A stretch of DNA of 64,000 nt. Source: Selaginella moellendorffii (taxonomy: Eukaryota; Plantae; Lycopodiophyta). Below, one piece after another: positions 62,960 through 64,000 of this stretch. The notes under the pieces are model-generated. The model did not search any database. It saw only the letters and a list, made by a program, of their open reading frames with translations, and had not been told where the DNA came from. Every line of letters begins with the position of its first letter. The first letter of the stretch is position 1. The position numbers and the translations under genes were made by a program. The DNA lies in contig NW_003314285.1 in assembly GCF_000143415.4 (NCBI RefSeq), forward strand, positions 1,623,471 through 1,687,470, in the 5' to 3' direction.

Positions 62960-63555
62960 GCTTGTCTGGCTCAAAATGTTGGCATGTTGGCTTGGCATTT
63001 GCTTCGGCTCACCATAGCGCACTCCAATTCCCACATTGTTGTAGCCAACGAGCTCATTGATCAAAAGATATGGCCTCTACAAAGTGGCTGCGAAAGATTT
63101 GCCAAGTTACAAAGCAGAGAATAGATTCTTTTTCTTGGGTGAGATCTGTCAAGAGTCTTTCGTGTTTTGCTAGAACCGAATGATAGGAAAGCGGCAGTAA
63201 ACTTGCGAGAGCTCAAGACTGTCAACTTTCACATTCAACGCATATATTGATGAGCAAGAGATTTTTTGGTGATGCTTCCAGAAGTAGACAAAAAATCCAT
63301 AGAGTCCCAGAGATCTATACTCCAGAGCTTAAGCATGGGTGCCAAGTTCCACATTACTGAGTTTATTCCAGCCTACCTTGAGTGGCATCCGTCAATTCAA
63401 GAAGCTATATGAGATTCAAGACAATTCTTGCAGAAAATACTCAAGGAGCATAAGGAATCACGTCAGGGTCCCAAGGATTTCATGGGTGTCATGCTAGAGA
63501 ACTCATACTAGAGGAAGGCTCTGGAGGGGAAGACGTTGTCAAAGCAATTATAACA
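62960..63555 (+). pseudogene. Cytochrome P450 exon-1 remnant, paralog of 42864-43741
   Basis: KFHITEFIPAYLEW, QFKKLYEIQD, KILKEHKE..PKDFM match the 43 kb P450; frameshifts and stops. Confidence 0.8.
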
Positions 63556-64000
63556 GAGCATAGAAAATTATCAAACTAGACCAAATCATTGTCCTGGACT
63601 GGAGACAACAATGCTTGGCACTAGTCCCAGCTTCAGATACATGATTGGCCGACACTTCCGGAAGAGTGCTTGCAGAGATCTGTGTGCTGCAAATAATTGT
63701 CAACTTGATATTCAAAGATTCTGCTACACGAACACGTGAAAACAATGAGAACTGAATATGATCTAATTACGTGTTGAGTCTCCACTTTGAGAGGAAACTT
63801 CATGGTAATCAACACCATTCTTTTAACTACTAAGCTTTTGGTTGAACAACATAAATGTATAGTTTCTCCTCCATCTGCGCGGACAAGTCAGCTAAACTTA
63901 CTTCAGAAACTGTTTGTCCTTTTCTTTGTACATGGGGAGCTTGACCGTTCTGTCGATCTCCTCAACTAGCTCTTCCTGTGTGATGTTGTCCTTGATGCTA

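Overview
This is eukaryotic plant nuclear DNA. It is gene-dense, has ~50-60 nt GT-AG introns and carries four intronless PLS-type PPR loci, which fits a lycophyte such as Selaginella (inferred, not verified). Left end: a decayed bulb-type lectin, a frameshifted PPR gene and a GH127/GH146-type glycosidase. From 6.3 to 37 kb lies a rearranged tandem triplication of a ~7 kb unit. The unit comprises a RluA-type pseudouridine synthase remnant, an AT-rich island with two convergent small secreted-protein genes around a chromovirus remnant, and a 3-ketodihydrosphingosine reductase (TSC10/KDSR). It is interrupted by two head-to-tail minus-strand Helitrons (13417-24757) that carry an RPN11 exon and an RPA-like gene. 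The right half holds PPRs, CYP71-clan P450s, CYBDOM, tRNA-Gln, CGF, a degenerate 2OG-Fe(II) oxygenase-like gene, DUF3082/DUF2062/DUF493 genes and a ~1.6 kb fold-back. The best novelty candidate is the AT-rich pair of microbial-looking secreted proteins: each survives intact in exactly one repeat unit, and one has an (AT)n tract in its signal-peptide exon that sets the reading frame. All family calls come from motif recognition; no searches were run.
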